Positions 12,101 through 26,911 of a stretch of DNA of 64,000 nt are shown here, one piece after another; positions within the stretch are counted from its first letter, which is position 1, and every line of letters starts with the position of its first letter. A program made the translations under genes and the position numbers. The DNA is taken from assembly GCA_030265395.1 (NCBI GenBank), contig JARFYF010000007.1:46785333-46849332 (forward strand). The letters are read 5' to 3'. This DNA is from Rhina ancylostomus. Lineage: Eukaryota. The notes below the pieces were generated by a model. That model saw only the letters and a program-made list of their open reading frames with translations. It had not been told where the DNA came from and ran no database searches.

Positions 12101-15100
12101 CCACTTCTGAAATGTTTATTAGACCAGGGAGCTGGATTCCAGGCCTTGAGCTGACTAAAAGGAGTGTCAAGACTCAACCTTCTGCCTGATCATCAAACTG
12201 AGTCCTTTCAATCCTTTCACCTGAGTGTCTAGTTTTATAGTCAGTAGGCCATCAGGGCTCGCACTTCGACTCCAATAAAGAAAAAAAAAGTTCCCACTTA
12301 TCCAAATGTAACTGAGGCTACAACTCAGAAAGACAATTCTGAAGCTTTCTAATTTGGAGTTCTTCACAGCCTCTTTATTCCTTTGTCCTTTGATGATGAG
12401 GAAATGAAATTTACAAGAATTTCAACAACTACTATAGGAATGAATGTTTTAATTGTATGCACTTAATTAACAAAATTTTTGTTTCTAAAACTTATGCATA
12501 TTCTTTATGGTTCTATATAGACATGCATCAGAGTTTCTAAAAAGTGGTGAAGACAGGATTGGGAAATTGTACAAGAAGGCTGTGTATAAGCAGTTTATGG
12601 ATGGAACATATTTGACTGAGATTCCGAAACCTGTTTGGCTGGGATTTCTAGGCCCAGTGCTCAGGGCTGAAGTGGAAGATATGATTATTGTTCACTTCAA
12701 AAACTTTGCATCTCGTCCCTACTCTGTGCATCCACATGGAGTCTTCTATGAAAAAGATTCTGAAGGTAATATTGCTTGATAAAAGAAAATAACTTCCATT
12801 ATATAGCACCTTTCTCAAACCAGTGCACAATAGCCAGTGAAGATTCTGAAGTGTAATCATTGCTGTAATGTAGAGAGAATCTGTGGAAAGTAAGTTTCAA
12901 CCAGCAGCAGTGTGACATTCATAGATTTTTATTTAATGATGTTGCAAGACATGGGGAAGAACTTCCTTGCTCTTCCTCAAAATGCTGACATTGGATATCT
13001 GAGAGCAATAGGCCTCAGGCTTTGGGAAAACGATGTGCCCAGTTTGCAGCACTCGCTCAGTACAGTGAAGCTCTAATAATCCGGTATGCTTCAGACTTTG
13101 GTGGTGCTGAACCAGCAGGTTTTCTGGACTATTGGATGTTATTTCTATTAATATCCCAACACAATTTTAATTGCCATTTTTTAAAAGATTTTATACATCA
13201 TTATAATAAATTTTCCAGGGAACAGGTAAGTTGAAATGGAGCACGGTTCCCATTGTCCCAGTGAATGGAAAGGGAATGCAGCAAACATTATCTAGTGGGC
13301 CAGATGCCAAACCATCAGGATTACCAACTTGTCAGAAAGTGGATTATTGGAGGTTTACTCTATTTAGAAGGTTGTATCGTCTTAGACCTCCACATGGATT
13401 ACATNNNNNNNNNNNNNNNNNNNNNNNNNNNNNNNNNNNNNNNNNNNNNNNNNNNNNNNNNNNNNNNNNNNNNNNNNNNNNNNNNNNNNNNNNNNNNNNN
13501 NNNNATGGATTACATGCTGATGGAAGGATTCATCTAATGGCTGACTGGCATCTTCTGTTTGGTTCTTTATAAGGTGGCCATGCGCATTTGGGATTCTACG
13601 ATCTCAGTGATTCCAGCTACTTTCAGTTGGATATGATACCATTTGGTACCAAATGATATACTAACATTAACTATAAATATTGGCTTTGCTACTCTTTCCT
13701 GCAGTCTGGTTTCACTTCCTTCACTATACAATCAAACAAGCATAAAATTTCCTCCCTAACTCATTCCAAATGTGGACCTCTTCCCTTCCAATCTCACACC
13801 ATCCAATAGTATCATAAAGAAGAACCTAAGCTGCCAGAAGTTATTGTTTAGCATTTTGTGTGCTGGGGCTGGGGAAAGTAAATTGGATTTTGCGTAGAAC
13901 AATATGGTGAATGTATCACATGACAGATCTTTGCAGGAAGAAAAGTCCTTGTTATTTTATAGATTATGCCTCTGTAAGCTTGTTCCTAAATAACTTGCAA
14001 GAGCAGCTGGATTTCCTCCAATACATCAGGTCTTTTATGTAGCAGGTTCAAAGCTAATCAAGATGAAGTTTGTGGCAAGGGTGTGTCAAAATAAATCTTT
14101 AATATTCTTGTTCCTGCTGATTCCACTTCTCCTTTCTGTACAAGAAGACTAGTGTATACTTGGGAGTTCTTGTTAATTTTACCCAGAAATCAGTAAGCTT
14201 TCCTGTTAATTGCCTTTATTTCACAAATCCATGACTTTGCACTTAAATGTTTATCTGTTCAACCAAGAGTAAAAGGGGCATTGGCATTCTGTTCTCAGTC
14301 TATTCTCACAAGGTTGGCACATGAAATTTAAAGTGCATTGCTATATTTCAATGAAACATTGAAGTCCTGTAACAAAGTGGACCTATGGCAGTCCTTATAC
14401 TATTCTGTACATGCATAGCTCTTATTGTATGTGTCACACCAAGAATACATGAGATTCCATTTTTAGGCATTTAATTCAGATGATTACAAAAATATATAAC
14501 TCCTTTAACCTTTTTGAATGTCTTGTGGTTTTAAGTCAGATTGGCAACTAATATCTGTAATAGAAAAATACTGCTTTATGATTTCTGGAACTCTAGTAGG
14601 ACTGTCAAGATACAAATTATTAATTTTCAGTTTGATGTGCACTACTTTTGTTTCACCTATCGTCTGATTAGAATTTGGCTTTGGTATCTCTTGGTGAATT
14701 TAAAACTGTACCCTAAGATCATAAATGGCAGTTCCTGTCAGAGGATAGAAATATATGTGAAATGGCAATAGAATGATTGGACAATTTAAACGGTGTCTCT
14801 TCTTGGTGGAAACCTAATTCTTAACTACTGTTTTTAAGCATCCATTTGCAGACTAATATAAAAGAAAATTGTCAAAAAATGTGAAACAAAATGTGGTAAT
14901 TTCCCTTGCAGAGAAATTATTGCTTTCGTTCTCTGCTGTCTTGGTGATTAGGACATCTTTTGTTTCAATCTTCTCTTGTCCATCACCTTTCCTATCTGAT
15001 GAAGGTTTTGTTTTGTTCGGGGGTTGAACTTTGTTGCTTGCTATAAGTATTCCAATTTTTGTAGTTTCAGAGAGATTCTTTCTTGCAGGTGCTTTTTATC

Positions 15101-18100
15101 CTGATCGTACATCTGGTAAGCACAAGATGGATGATGCTGTTCCACCAGGGGGAAATCACACATACAAATGGATAGTAAAGAAGCAGTATGCACCAACAGA
15201 TGCTGATCCAAATTGCTTAACATGGATTTACCATTCCCACGTGGATGCTCCAAAGGACATTTCGTCAGGTTTGATTGGAGCACTGTTAACATGTAAAAAA
15301 GGTACAGTCAATCATTGGTTGTTCAACCATCTCAAAAAATAAGTTCCCAGTCTTGGAGGTTACAGTGATTTTCATTACATACTTTGAAGAATGTGTATTG
15401 GAGAAGAGTGTCAAGGATGAAAATGCCTATTTTTACACTGTTAGCTACCCAATGCTACTGCTATGAAGAGCCTTTCACATACAAATATAACCAAAGTCCT
15501 CTACACTGCTAGCTCAGCAGTAGGAGAGTCAGACACACAGTTGGGGTGGAAGGGATAGGGTCTTTGAGATGTGGCTGAGGCATCTGAGGGGGTGGGTTAT
15601 TATGTAGGAATGCTGTGGGACCTCTGGAATCAGATGAGCCTCTGGGGTGAGATGGGTGTGCCTGAGATTAACCCAGGGTTTCGGGTAGAGGCCGGGTGAA
15701 CATTTACAACAAGGTGGATGGTGTTAATATGAGGTATTAGGCTAAATCTTAAGGAAGGCCTAACTTCTGTAGGATTCTCAAGACAAATCTGTGATGGGGC
15801 TGGGTAAAACAAGTTGCAATTAACTCGTACAGAAATATGTGCTGTGAAGATCTGCTTCTGCAAGTATGGCCTGTGTCATTTGCAGGACAAGGCATGTCCA
15901 AATTACTTAGCTGTAAGTGACTTCAAACTATTATATGATGTTTGATGGCCTCCCTGTACATGCATGTTCTATGCACTTGGAGTTTAGTCTAAAAATGACA
16001 ACTAACTCAATTTCTACTCTCAGGTAAATGCAACAGAATTTTAGCTTAAATTTGATTGTATAAAATACAAAAATATCTTGCTAAAATCTTTGTATTGTAC
16101 CACAGTGCCACCAGTAGGAGTGACGAGCACTGCAGAGAGTTTGCAGGTTTCTGTGAAACCATATTTGTTAAATTAGCTCTGTAAATCATATGGTGGAATT
16201 TCTCCTGGACAGGTTGACAGATCCTACAACATTGTTAATTAATTCTGTGAACAATAGCTGAATGTTCTCCTGCACCATAAATGTTACTAAATCCCTGTGG
16301 TACAGCAATAACTTGTTTATTTTTAACCAGGTACTGAAGTAATTCCAGAAAAAAATTCCACAATCCAGTGCTACATTAATCTATTGTTTGACTCTGTTAC
16401 CAGTTAAGTGACTTGACAGTGATTTAAGATGTTGCAGATCACAATTATTTGTGGTATTTCTCTGTACCTCCCTCTGCAATTAGATTCTCAACTTCCTCAT
16501 CAGGAGACCACAGTCAGTACGGATCGGTGATAACATCTCTTCCGCACTGACAATCAATACAGGCGCACCTCAAGGATGCTTGCTTAGCCCACTGTTCTAC
16601 TCTCTCTACACACATGACTCTGTGGCTAAGCACAGCTCAAACGCCATCTATAAATTTGCAGGTAACACCACTGTTGTTGGCAGAATCTCAGATGGCAATA
16701 AGGAGGCATACAAGAGTGAAATAGATCAGCTGGTTGAGTGGTGTTCAAACCACAACCTTACACTCAACGTCAGCAAGACCAAGGAATTGATTGTGGACTT
16801 CAGGAAGGAGAAGTTGGGAGAACACACCAGTCCTCATTGAGGGATGTGGAAAGGGTGAGCAGCTTTAATTCTTGGGTGTCAACATCTCCAAGGATCTATC
16901 TTGGGCCTAACGCATTGATGCAAAACACTAGTGGCGATAGAAACATTGAAAAACTACGGCACAATTCAGACCCTTCAGCCCACGTTAGGAATTTGAGGAG
17001 ATTTGNNNNNNNNNNNNNNNNNNNNNNNNNNNNNNNNNNNNNNNNNNNNNNNNNNNNNNNNNNNNNNNNNNNNNNNNNNNNNNNNNNNNNNNNNNNNNNN
17101 NNNNNNNNNNNNNNNNNNNNNNNNNNNNNNNNNNNNNNNNNNNNNNNNNNNNNNNNNNNNNNNNNNNNNNNNNNNNNNNNNNNNNNNNNNNNNNNNNNNN
17201 NNNNNNNNNNNNNNNNNNNNNNNNNNNNNNNNNNNNNNNNNNNNNNNNNNNNNNNNNNNNNNNNNNNNNNNNNNNNNNNNNNNNNNNNNNNNNNNNNNNN
17301 NNNNNNNNNNNNNNNNNNNNNNNNNNNNNNNNNNNNNNNNNNNNNNNNNNNNNNNTTGTTATTCCTTTTTCTTTGCACTATTTATTTATTTATTGTGTAA
17401 TTTATAATAATTTTATGTCTTTGCACTGTACTGCTGCCATAAACAACAAATTTCACATCATATAAGGCAGTAATAAAACCTGATTCTGATTCATTAACAT
17501 CATAAGAGGATGGGAGAAGGCTCAGGTGGAGTGTAAGTGGTAGTATAGAGCAGTTGGGGTGAATGTATCTGCCTTACACTTGAAGTAACTCTGGGAAATT
17601 ACATTTCAGGAGTTGCAGATTTTAACTTCCTGCGAGTTTTATTTTAGATGAGTAATTACATAGAAGAGTGAGGATTTATCTGTTTCTTTCTCCAGAGAAG
17701 GTTAATTAGCTGTTGGATTCGACTGTTTTAATTAGCTTTTTAACATGTATAGTGTTAACTACACTTCAAGTGGCTGCACAAGGAATGACCGCTTACTAGC
17801 TTATTGGCTCATCCATCAGGTGACTATGTGGTTTTTTTCATTGGTTGGTTTGGCTACAAGTATCTAATAGGTTTCCTGATTGGACTATTGTTAGCTAAAG
17901 AGCAACTCTTATCTTAGGTATAAAAGGTGTCATCTTTTGTTAAGCTCTCTCTCTTGGCTCTTCCTCCCCTTTGGCCTGAGCTTCCCTTTGTTCCCTTTGT
18001 CTCGGCTCATCAAAGCTAGTGCCATGTGCTCTGTGACTGTTTCTTTGTTTTAAACTTTCTCAATAAAACTTTGCGAAGCACCAAGTTGTTTTCAACTCAT

Positions 18101-21100
18101 TCCTGGACTCCTGAAAAAACCTGTGGATTTGAAAATAACCAGATCCGACATAGCTTAATGAAGATGAAATTGGTCCACACCACTTCATCCCCAGGAAACA
18201 AGCTGATAGTATATTATTACACATCTGATAGCAAACCAGCTGTTTAACAATATGCCCCACCTTCTTCATTTGACTCCAGTGGAGGGAAAACTTTGGCTCA
18301 AGATGTGAACTCGTTTTGATCAAATGTTGGTGCTCAGCTTCATACCCTCTATATATGTTGTTGCAATGATAACTATACAAGCCTTGTGAGTCCTATTTCT
18401 GCATGAGTGGCCGAAGCAGTCAACAAGCATGTGCTAATGGCTCGTGCGTTAGCACTTCAGAGATTTGTAGGACTGAAAAGAGGAATCCAGCCTCCTTTAA
18501 CTTGCAAGGAATTGCCAATTTTCCTTTACAACTACTTTGATTGAAGCAGAATTGTAAAAATAGTGCTCCATGATGTGATGCAAGATCCAAGGATCTTGCA
18601 CAGAAACGTGGAACCAAGCTGCATTAAATTATAGTTTTCAAAATNNNNNNNNNNNNNNNNNNNNNNNNNNNNNNNNNNNNNNNNNNNNNNNNNNNNNNNN
18701 NNNNNNNNNNNNNNNNNNNNNNNNNNNNNNNNNNNNNNNNNNNNCAAGCTTTACAGTTTAAAGCTTTATGGCAGGTACTCTACATATCTTGAAATAATTA
18801 ATTCCAGTACTTTAAAAATGACTGCTACTTTTTCCGTTGTCAGTTGTAGGTATTTGGAGCTTTATATTGAATGCTTGTATCTATTGCACGGAATTGGTCT
18901 GAACTCAACCTGTTGAATCAGTCTGTTTTGTGCATATCTGCTCCAAATCTCAAATTTGTTGTTACTTATTCTCCTTGATCTGATTTTCCTTTTGGAAAAA
19001 TGTAATATGTTTGTTTAATTCTTTAAACATTAACCGTTGGCAGTAATTAAGCTGTTGTTTTCATTTAAAACAGCTCTTAAGGTTACATCCACTTAAAGCA
19101 CAAAAACCCAATAGGAAAAGTAGACCAGCTGTGGCTAGCAAGAGAAGTTAAGGAGAGCATTTGATCAAAGGGTGTGGGTTATAATGTTATCAAAAACACA
19201 AGCAGTCAGCCTGAGATTGGGAGCATTTCAGAATCCAGCAAAGGAGGACAGACTAATTGAAAAGGGAAAGCAGAATACAAAAGTAATATAGTAAGGCATA
19301 TAAACTAGACTAAAGCTTCTACAAATATGTAAAAAGAAAAAAAGATCATCAAAAGTTAATGTGGGTTTCTTACAAGTTATAAGATAAGGTATCTTTATTA
19401 GTCACATGTACAACAAAACACGCAGTGAAATGCATTTTTTGCGTAGAGTGTTCTGGGGGCAGCCCACAAGTGTCGCCNNNNNNNNNNNNNNNNNNNNNNN
19501 NNNNNNNNNNNNNNNNNNNNNNNNNNNNNNNNNNNNNNNNNNNNNNNNNNNNNNNNNNNNNNNNNNNNNNNNNNNNNGAGTGTTCTGGGGGCAGCCCACA
19601 AGTGTCGCCACACTTCTGGCGCCAACATAGCATGCCCACAACTTCCTAACCCATCCGTCTTTGGAATGTGGGAGAAAACTGGAGCACCCGGAGGAAACCC
19701 ATGCAGACACAGGGAGAACGTACAAACTCCTTACAGAGAGCAGCCAGAATTGAACCCGGGTCGCTGGTGCTGTAAAGCATTATGCTAACCACTACACTAC
19801 CGTGCCTGGAATAAGAAATGGCAGAAAAATAAAACACAGAATTCTTTTTTATGGAAGAAGGCACCAACAACCTCCTGGAAATAATGGAGAATAACAGATC
19901 TATAATGTATAGGGAGCTGAAAGGAATTAGCATTAAAAAATTAATATTGGAGAAATTAATAGTACTCATTTTGAACAGCTGTTGGTGCTGTGTTTCATAT
20001 CCTCTTTGTATCTTATTGCAGTGATGAATATACAAGCCTTGTGGAGGACTGTTTCTGCATGAGTGGCCAATGGAGTCAGCAAGCATGTGCTGATGGCTCT
20101 TTCATGCATTAGCACATCAGAAGTTTGTGGGACCCAAAAGAGGAATTACAGACTCCATTGAACTCCCAAAGAATTGCCAATTTTCCTTTATAATTACTTT
20201 GATTGAAGCAGAATTGAGCAGTACTCATAAACATTGTGCTCCATGATGTGATTCAAGGACAAAGGATTTTGCACAGAAATATGGAACAAAGCTGCATTAA
20301 GTTATAGATTTTAGAAAACTGATAAACCCTCAGGACCCGATGAACTGCACCTCAGCATTTTGAAAGAGATGTTAGAGAGATAATGGAGGCACTGTTATCA
20401 TGATCTAAAATTCCAATCATTTTAGAATGGTTCCTACAGATTGGAAGGTTACAATTGTATCCCCACTTTTTAAGAAAGGTGTGAGAGAGAAAACTGGGAA
20501 GTACAGATCAATTAGTTTGTTATCAATAGTAGGCAGAATGCTCAAATCTATTATTAAGGCATTGATAACAGGGACTTAGAAAATAATAATAGGATTGACT
20601 GAATCAACATTTATGAAAGGGAAATGTATCTGATAAACCTGTTAGAGTTTCTTGAGGCTGTAACTCCCCGGCCAAGTTGTCTAGAACTAAGGATGACAGT
20701 CTCAAAGTAACAGGTTAACAATTCAGGACTGAGAAAAAACATCTTCACTTAAAGAGTAGTGAATGTTTGGAATTAACAGGACTGTGGAGCATAAGTAGCT
20801 ATATTTAAGGCAGACAATGATAGTTTTCAAATATTATGGATATGAAGGGATAGGGAATTAGAGGAGGAATTTTACTGAAATAAAAGATCAGCAATGACTC
20901 TACCAAACAGCAGTGCATTCACAAGGGGCTGAGTGGCCAATTCCACCTCTTCTCCTCATGCTGGATGTATCCTGTCGTATTTTAGGAGATTGGTCCCTAT
21001 CCGAAGGTATCCAGATTGAATTGATATTCCTGAGTTTTGAGGATTGATGGGAGGTTAAAAGGTGTGCCCTTCAGGACAATGGAGTGTGATTGATGTTAAT

Positions 21101-24100
21101 GCTATAAACTGAAAAATGATCTGATATGTAGGTGAACATCTTTGATTTATATGATCTACGTTACACTGAGATGAATACAAATTGTCTGTAAGTGGATTGT
21201 GTCTTTGACAGAATTTAATGTCCTAAGCAGAGATATGTGGAAAAATGTCCAAAAATAACACTGATGGCATTGTTCTGCTTGCCCTTTTACAGGAACTTTG
21301 GATGAGGAGACACTGAAACGTAAAGATGTTGACCGAGACTTTGTCTTAATGTTCAGTATTGTGGATGAAAATCTGAGTTGGTATCTAGATGATAATATTA
21401 ATAAGTATTGCACCATGCCATCTACAGTTGACAGAGAGGATGAAGACTTTCAGGAAAGCAACAAAATGCATTGTGTGTATTTTTATCTGATTTTCTGCAT
21501 ATTGTTTACTTTAATCATTGCTAGAATTGAATCTTACAACTGATAGCCACTGAAGCACACCAAGAACTTATAGTCACTGAATTCAATGATGAATAACTAC
21601 AGCTTTTGACATGACCTTGCAGTGGTTTTCCATTAATATCATTTTAATATATTTCATTAAAAATACTATAATGTCAGTGGAGAGTATAAGTAATGGGTAC
21701 AAAACCAATTAGTGGATCTTCCAAGCTGACTCCACTCAGTCTAGAAATCACTTTCATCCCATCATGTGGCCACAGACTAACTTAGGAATTTTTCATATTG
21801 GCCTTTGTTCTGTTCCTGTCTACAGTCAGTGTATCACTCCTAATCCACAATTAACACGGCCATTTTAGAGTGGATTTGTAACCATTACTATGAAAGGTTT
21901 CACCTCTTGTCCATGACCCTTCCAGTCACTTGGTAATGCCCTTCCTCATCAATATAATCCTCCTCAACTCCCACCCCAAATTGTCACCATTCTGTTCTTG
22001 GTGTCCTGTGTTCTTGCTTGATTTTGCAACTCCGTTTTAAAATTCTACTTCAGAGCCTGGCAAATATGTGTAGAAAATCATATGCCTCTTGAGCTCTGCC
22101 ATTCAGTATGAGTATGACTGATCTAATCTTTGGCCTCAAACTCCTATTTTCTGCCCCTTTCCCATCCATGTAGTCCAGCTTTGAATATACTTAATGACAT
22201 AATATCTGTAGCTCCAAGATTCACAACCCTGTAAAAGAGGAAATTCTCAAGTTTTGGCCCTTTATCGTGAGACTCAANNNNNNNNNNNNNNNNNNNNNNN
22301 NNNNTCTAGATTGCCCCACTGGGGGAGTTGTTGTTACAGCATTTACTCTGTTCTGATCCTTTGGAAACTTGTATTAGCCAATGAGATCTCTCATTCTTCT
22401 AGACTTGACAGAGTAGAGGTACATTTTGCTCAATCTTTCCTCATAAGGTAACCCTCCATGTTCTCACTGCTCCCCCTCTGTCCCACAGCTCTACAATTTT
22501 TTTTCAACTCTGGAACCCTCCAAGTCTGGCGTCTAATCTGCTTCTCTCACTCCACCAGTGGAGGCCATGCCTTTACCCTTCTAGGCCATTAGCTCTGCAA
22601 TTCCTTTCCAAAATTACTACTACTCTTCCCTTCTCTCCTCGGAACCTACCCCTTTGAGTCAACTTATGCCTAAGTTGCAGTCCTATGAATTTTTAGACAC
22701 CGTCTTATACATGATAAGTATTTCCATGTTCTTATTAATCTTTCTCAGCTGCCACTCTCCCAGGTTTGAAGCCCCATTCAAATGGACCATCGCTACCTTA
22801 AATGCCTCTCTCAGCACTTGCCAGAGATCCATTGAGTTAACCACTGTTTCCACTTTTCAGTTAACAGCCCAACTCTCCCATACTCCTAATTCACTCATCT
22901 TCCTGCTGAGGTTTCACTGAGATTTTTTAGACCTGGTATTGAATTATATATAATGCAAGTTTAATGTGATTATTAAGAGAAAGAAAAAGCATTTGGGGTT
23001 GAAAAAATTGTCATCTGTCTGTTGTGTTAAATACAAAATCCAGTAATAGCCTGCTTATGTAATTTTATTGTGTTGAATTTCGATTGCAGCCTCTCTATAT
23101 TGCATGTTTAGCACAAGCCACCAAGTATGAAATTCTGCTCCCATGTGCTTTAAGAATTCGTCTGCAGAATACATCTTAGTAGATCTCTAACGCAACAATA
23201 AACTCCTTCGTAATATGTGCCTACAGATAAATCTCAATTCCTGTTGCATTTTCTAATCTTTGCACCTCTGCTGTAACTAATCATTATCCCACTTCATAGA
23301 TCCTTAAATCATGGCACAAATATGGAATTCGAATTGATGAACAAGTTGAATGAAAGAAAATTTGCATTTTCAAAACTATTTTTACTAATAATTAAAATGT
23401 CTTAGTTTACATTTCTGTGTTGATTCCTCAGCTATCAATGGTTATGTTTATGGAAATTTACCTGGCCTGAACATGTGCAGTGGTCAGCCTATTTCCTGGC
23501 ACTTGTTTTCCATTGGAAATGAAGTTGACGTTCACTCGGCATATTTCCATGGCCAGACTCTCATTAACAGAGGTCATAAAGTGGATGTTGTTAGTCTTTT
23601 TCCAGCTTCCTTTGTCACAGCACAAATGGTTCCCAGAAATGTTGGAAAATGGCTCCTAAGTTGCCAAGTCAATGACCATATTAAAGGTGAGAAACTGACT
23701 TTCTGAATTGCTTTAACTATTATTCTCCTGAGAAGTTGAGCAGAATTTAATGGCTGACATTTTAAATTACATTAAATTTCCATTATCATTTATTTTGTTA
23801 GCAGTGTGATCTAGAAAGAGTTCTTTTGTGTATAATATTTAATCTTATACTAACAGAATTGTAGACATATTTGTGGGTTTATGATTCTGCAGAGACAAGG
23901 GAACCATGTTTAGCTGTGTAAGCAGCAGGAGTGATCTCATAGATGATGGACCCTTCCGATCTGAACTTTACAAGAAGTAGTATAAAATCAGCTTTAAATG
24001 ATCAGGCACAGGTCTTGACTGTAATATAATGTAAAATGAGTGGTAGTTGACAGCCCATTTTCCCAATTTTATTTCTAATGAAGTCAACAAAAATAAAATC

Positions 24101-26863
24101 GAGGAGAAATATAAAACAAGCTGTTAACTTGCTATCATTCATTTTTACACATTCTGACAAAGGCAACATTTACACTGTTGACTTATTTTGAGTGCTCCTG
24201 AATTTCCAACAATAAATGCCACAGAAACTGATTTTTAAAAGTCCTAGACTGTAAAAAGAATTTAAAGTAATTTACAACAGTTTTTAATCTCGTGTTTTCT
24301 GTTGGATTTCATGTATTTACGTCTATCATGGAATTGAAGAAAATGCTGATTCCAAATGGTTCTGCAAACATGCTTTTTTAGATGTTCTATTGCAAAAGGG
24401 GAATAAAGATTTGGGACTAGAGAGGGTATAAAACACTTTTATGATGGGAAAGACAGTGAATATGATCCAGCCTCCACCCCATTTTGACTAGATTGTAAAA
24501 GGAGTCATAGATGGCTCATCAGGCTCCTCCTAGATATTTTTGGGAATTTTCTCTTTTTTGACTTGTAAAGCCAGTGACCATGAACTGTTGCTAGTGTAAG
24601 GTAGGCAATCCTGGTGGAATTTTGTTGTGGGAAAGATTCCAGTGAGGGCCAGAGAGGTTAAAAAAAATCTCATCCAGTTGGTTCTCTGGAGACTTAGCAC
24701 TGCTTTGTAAGGACAGATTGGCCTGAGTGGAGGTGGGTATCACTCACTGATTCTTGTTGTGGTTCTTACCACAAACAATCTTAAATTGAATCGTCTGAGA
24801 AATTTCTTTTGTAGAGGCTGGGTCAGAGGGCTGGCTCTAGCTTTGAAGGCATTGCTGTGGTACTTTACGTCATTGAATTGTTTCTGACACTTGATGAAAA
24901 ACAATAATTTGGGTGCAGAAACTTCTTACCAACAAGAAGCAACTTCTTTAGGAGAAGCGGGCAAAAACTGACAAAAATGTTAAACTGTTTCCTTTCTTTT
25001 TTTTAAATGCTGTGCCCTTATAAAGTTGAGTTTTCACTCCCCTAGCCTTATTTTGTTTATCTTCCAGCTGGTATGCAAGCATTATTTGTGGTTCAGGGTT
25101 GTGACCACAATTATTCAGAGACTACACTAACTGGTAAAGAGAGAAAATACTTTATTGCAGCTGAATTGGAGCAGTGGAAGTATGGCCCCACAAACAAGAA
25201 CTTATTTAATGATCAGCCACTAGATGCAGAAGGAAGGTAATTTTAAAAGTAACCAATTTATGATCAGTAATACCAGTTAAAAGTCTATCTTCGCTTTCAA
25301 TTCTTCAGAATTCATCACCTTTGTAAAGAAACAGATTGGCTTTTCCTAATACAGATCTCTGTCAGCAACATTTGAAGTATGAATTTATGTTCCTTCTGTT
25401 GAAGGTTCATTGCATATTTATTGTTGAGTAGATCTGCCTTTTTTCTCTGGTGCTCAAGTATTATAACAGAAGAATGATTTTCCTCTAGTTTTCTGGTGTT
25501 GTCCAGCTGGACCCCCTTAAGACTATGAACAAAGGCACAGGATTTCATTTTGCTGACATTTCTGCATTAATACAGTACATTATTAATAGTAATTGTGTTG
25601 TTGGCTATTGGCATATACAGCCCACCCTATCTTTTTAATTTCTCTACAGAAGGTTCAGTAAACCTTTCTTCTTTCCCATAAATTGTTTTTAGTTATCCCA
25701 TAAGTGTTGAAAGAATAATAGGATTGAGCAGAATTAGTATGGGTTTAGAAGAGAATATCATGTTTGATCAATCTACTGGAGTTCTTCGAGGATGTGACAA
25801 ATAGAATCGATAAGGGCGAAGCAGTGGATGTGTTGTATTTGAATTTTCAGAAGGTTTTGGATAAGATTTCACAGAGAATGTTTAGTTAACAAGGTTAGAG
25901 CACATGGAGTTGGTGGTGTTACACTGATAAGGATTGAGAATTAATTATAGGACAGAATGCAATGAATGGGAATTGATGGATCCATTTCAGGCTGTCAGGT
26001 TTTGACTAGTGAGGTACTGCAGGGATTGGTGCTTTGTCCCCAACTATTCACTTAATGATTTGACTGAGGGGCCAAATGTCTTGTTTCCAAGTTTGCTGCT
26101 GATAATAAACAACGTGGGATTGAGAGTGCAAAGGAAGATGTAAAAAGCTTCAAGGGGATATGGACAAGTGAATGAAAAGAACGGGTCAACCCCTTTGGTA
26201 CATAAAGCAAGTGACCAAAGTAGTTTTAAAATCGTGAGAGATTGAGTAATGTTGATGTTCAAAGGACTTGCACGCAAGTCACTGAAGCCAACATACAGGT
26301 CCTGCAGGTGATTAAGAGGGAAAGTGATATGTTGGCCGTTTATTACAAGAGGATTTGAATACAGGAGTAAGGAAGTCTTATTGCAATTTTATCAGACCTT
26401 AGTGAGACTGCACTTGGAGTATAGTGTGCCATTTAGGTCTCCTTTCCTCCATAGGAGATGTACTTGTCATGGAGGGAATGCAGCAAAGGTTTAAGAGACT
26501 GGTTCCATTGATGGTGGGTTTGTCATATTATATGTGATTGAATAGACTCTGTGTCCTCTAGAGTTTAGGAGAGAGACAAGTGATTTCTTTCAAACTTGCA
26601 AAATTCATTCAAGGCTTAACATGCTGGATGTAGGGAAGATGTTTCATTTGTTACATACCAGCAACAACAGAAACACACCGAGACATGTATACGTGTTAAA
26701 AACTACTTTATTAATAACTACTTNNNNNNNNNNNNNNNNNNNNNNNNNNNNNNNNNNNNNNNNNNNNNNNNNNNNNNNNNNNNNNNNNNNNNNNNNNNNN
26801 NNNNNNNNNNNNNNNNNNNNNNNAACGTGATGATGTTCTTTATCTTCTGTTGTTGTAAGCTCG

Positions 26864-26911
<48 letters not shown>

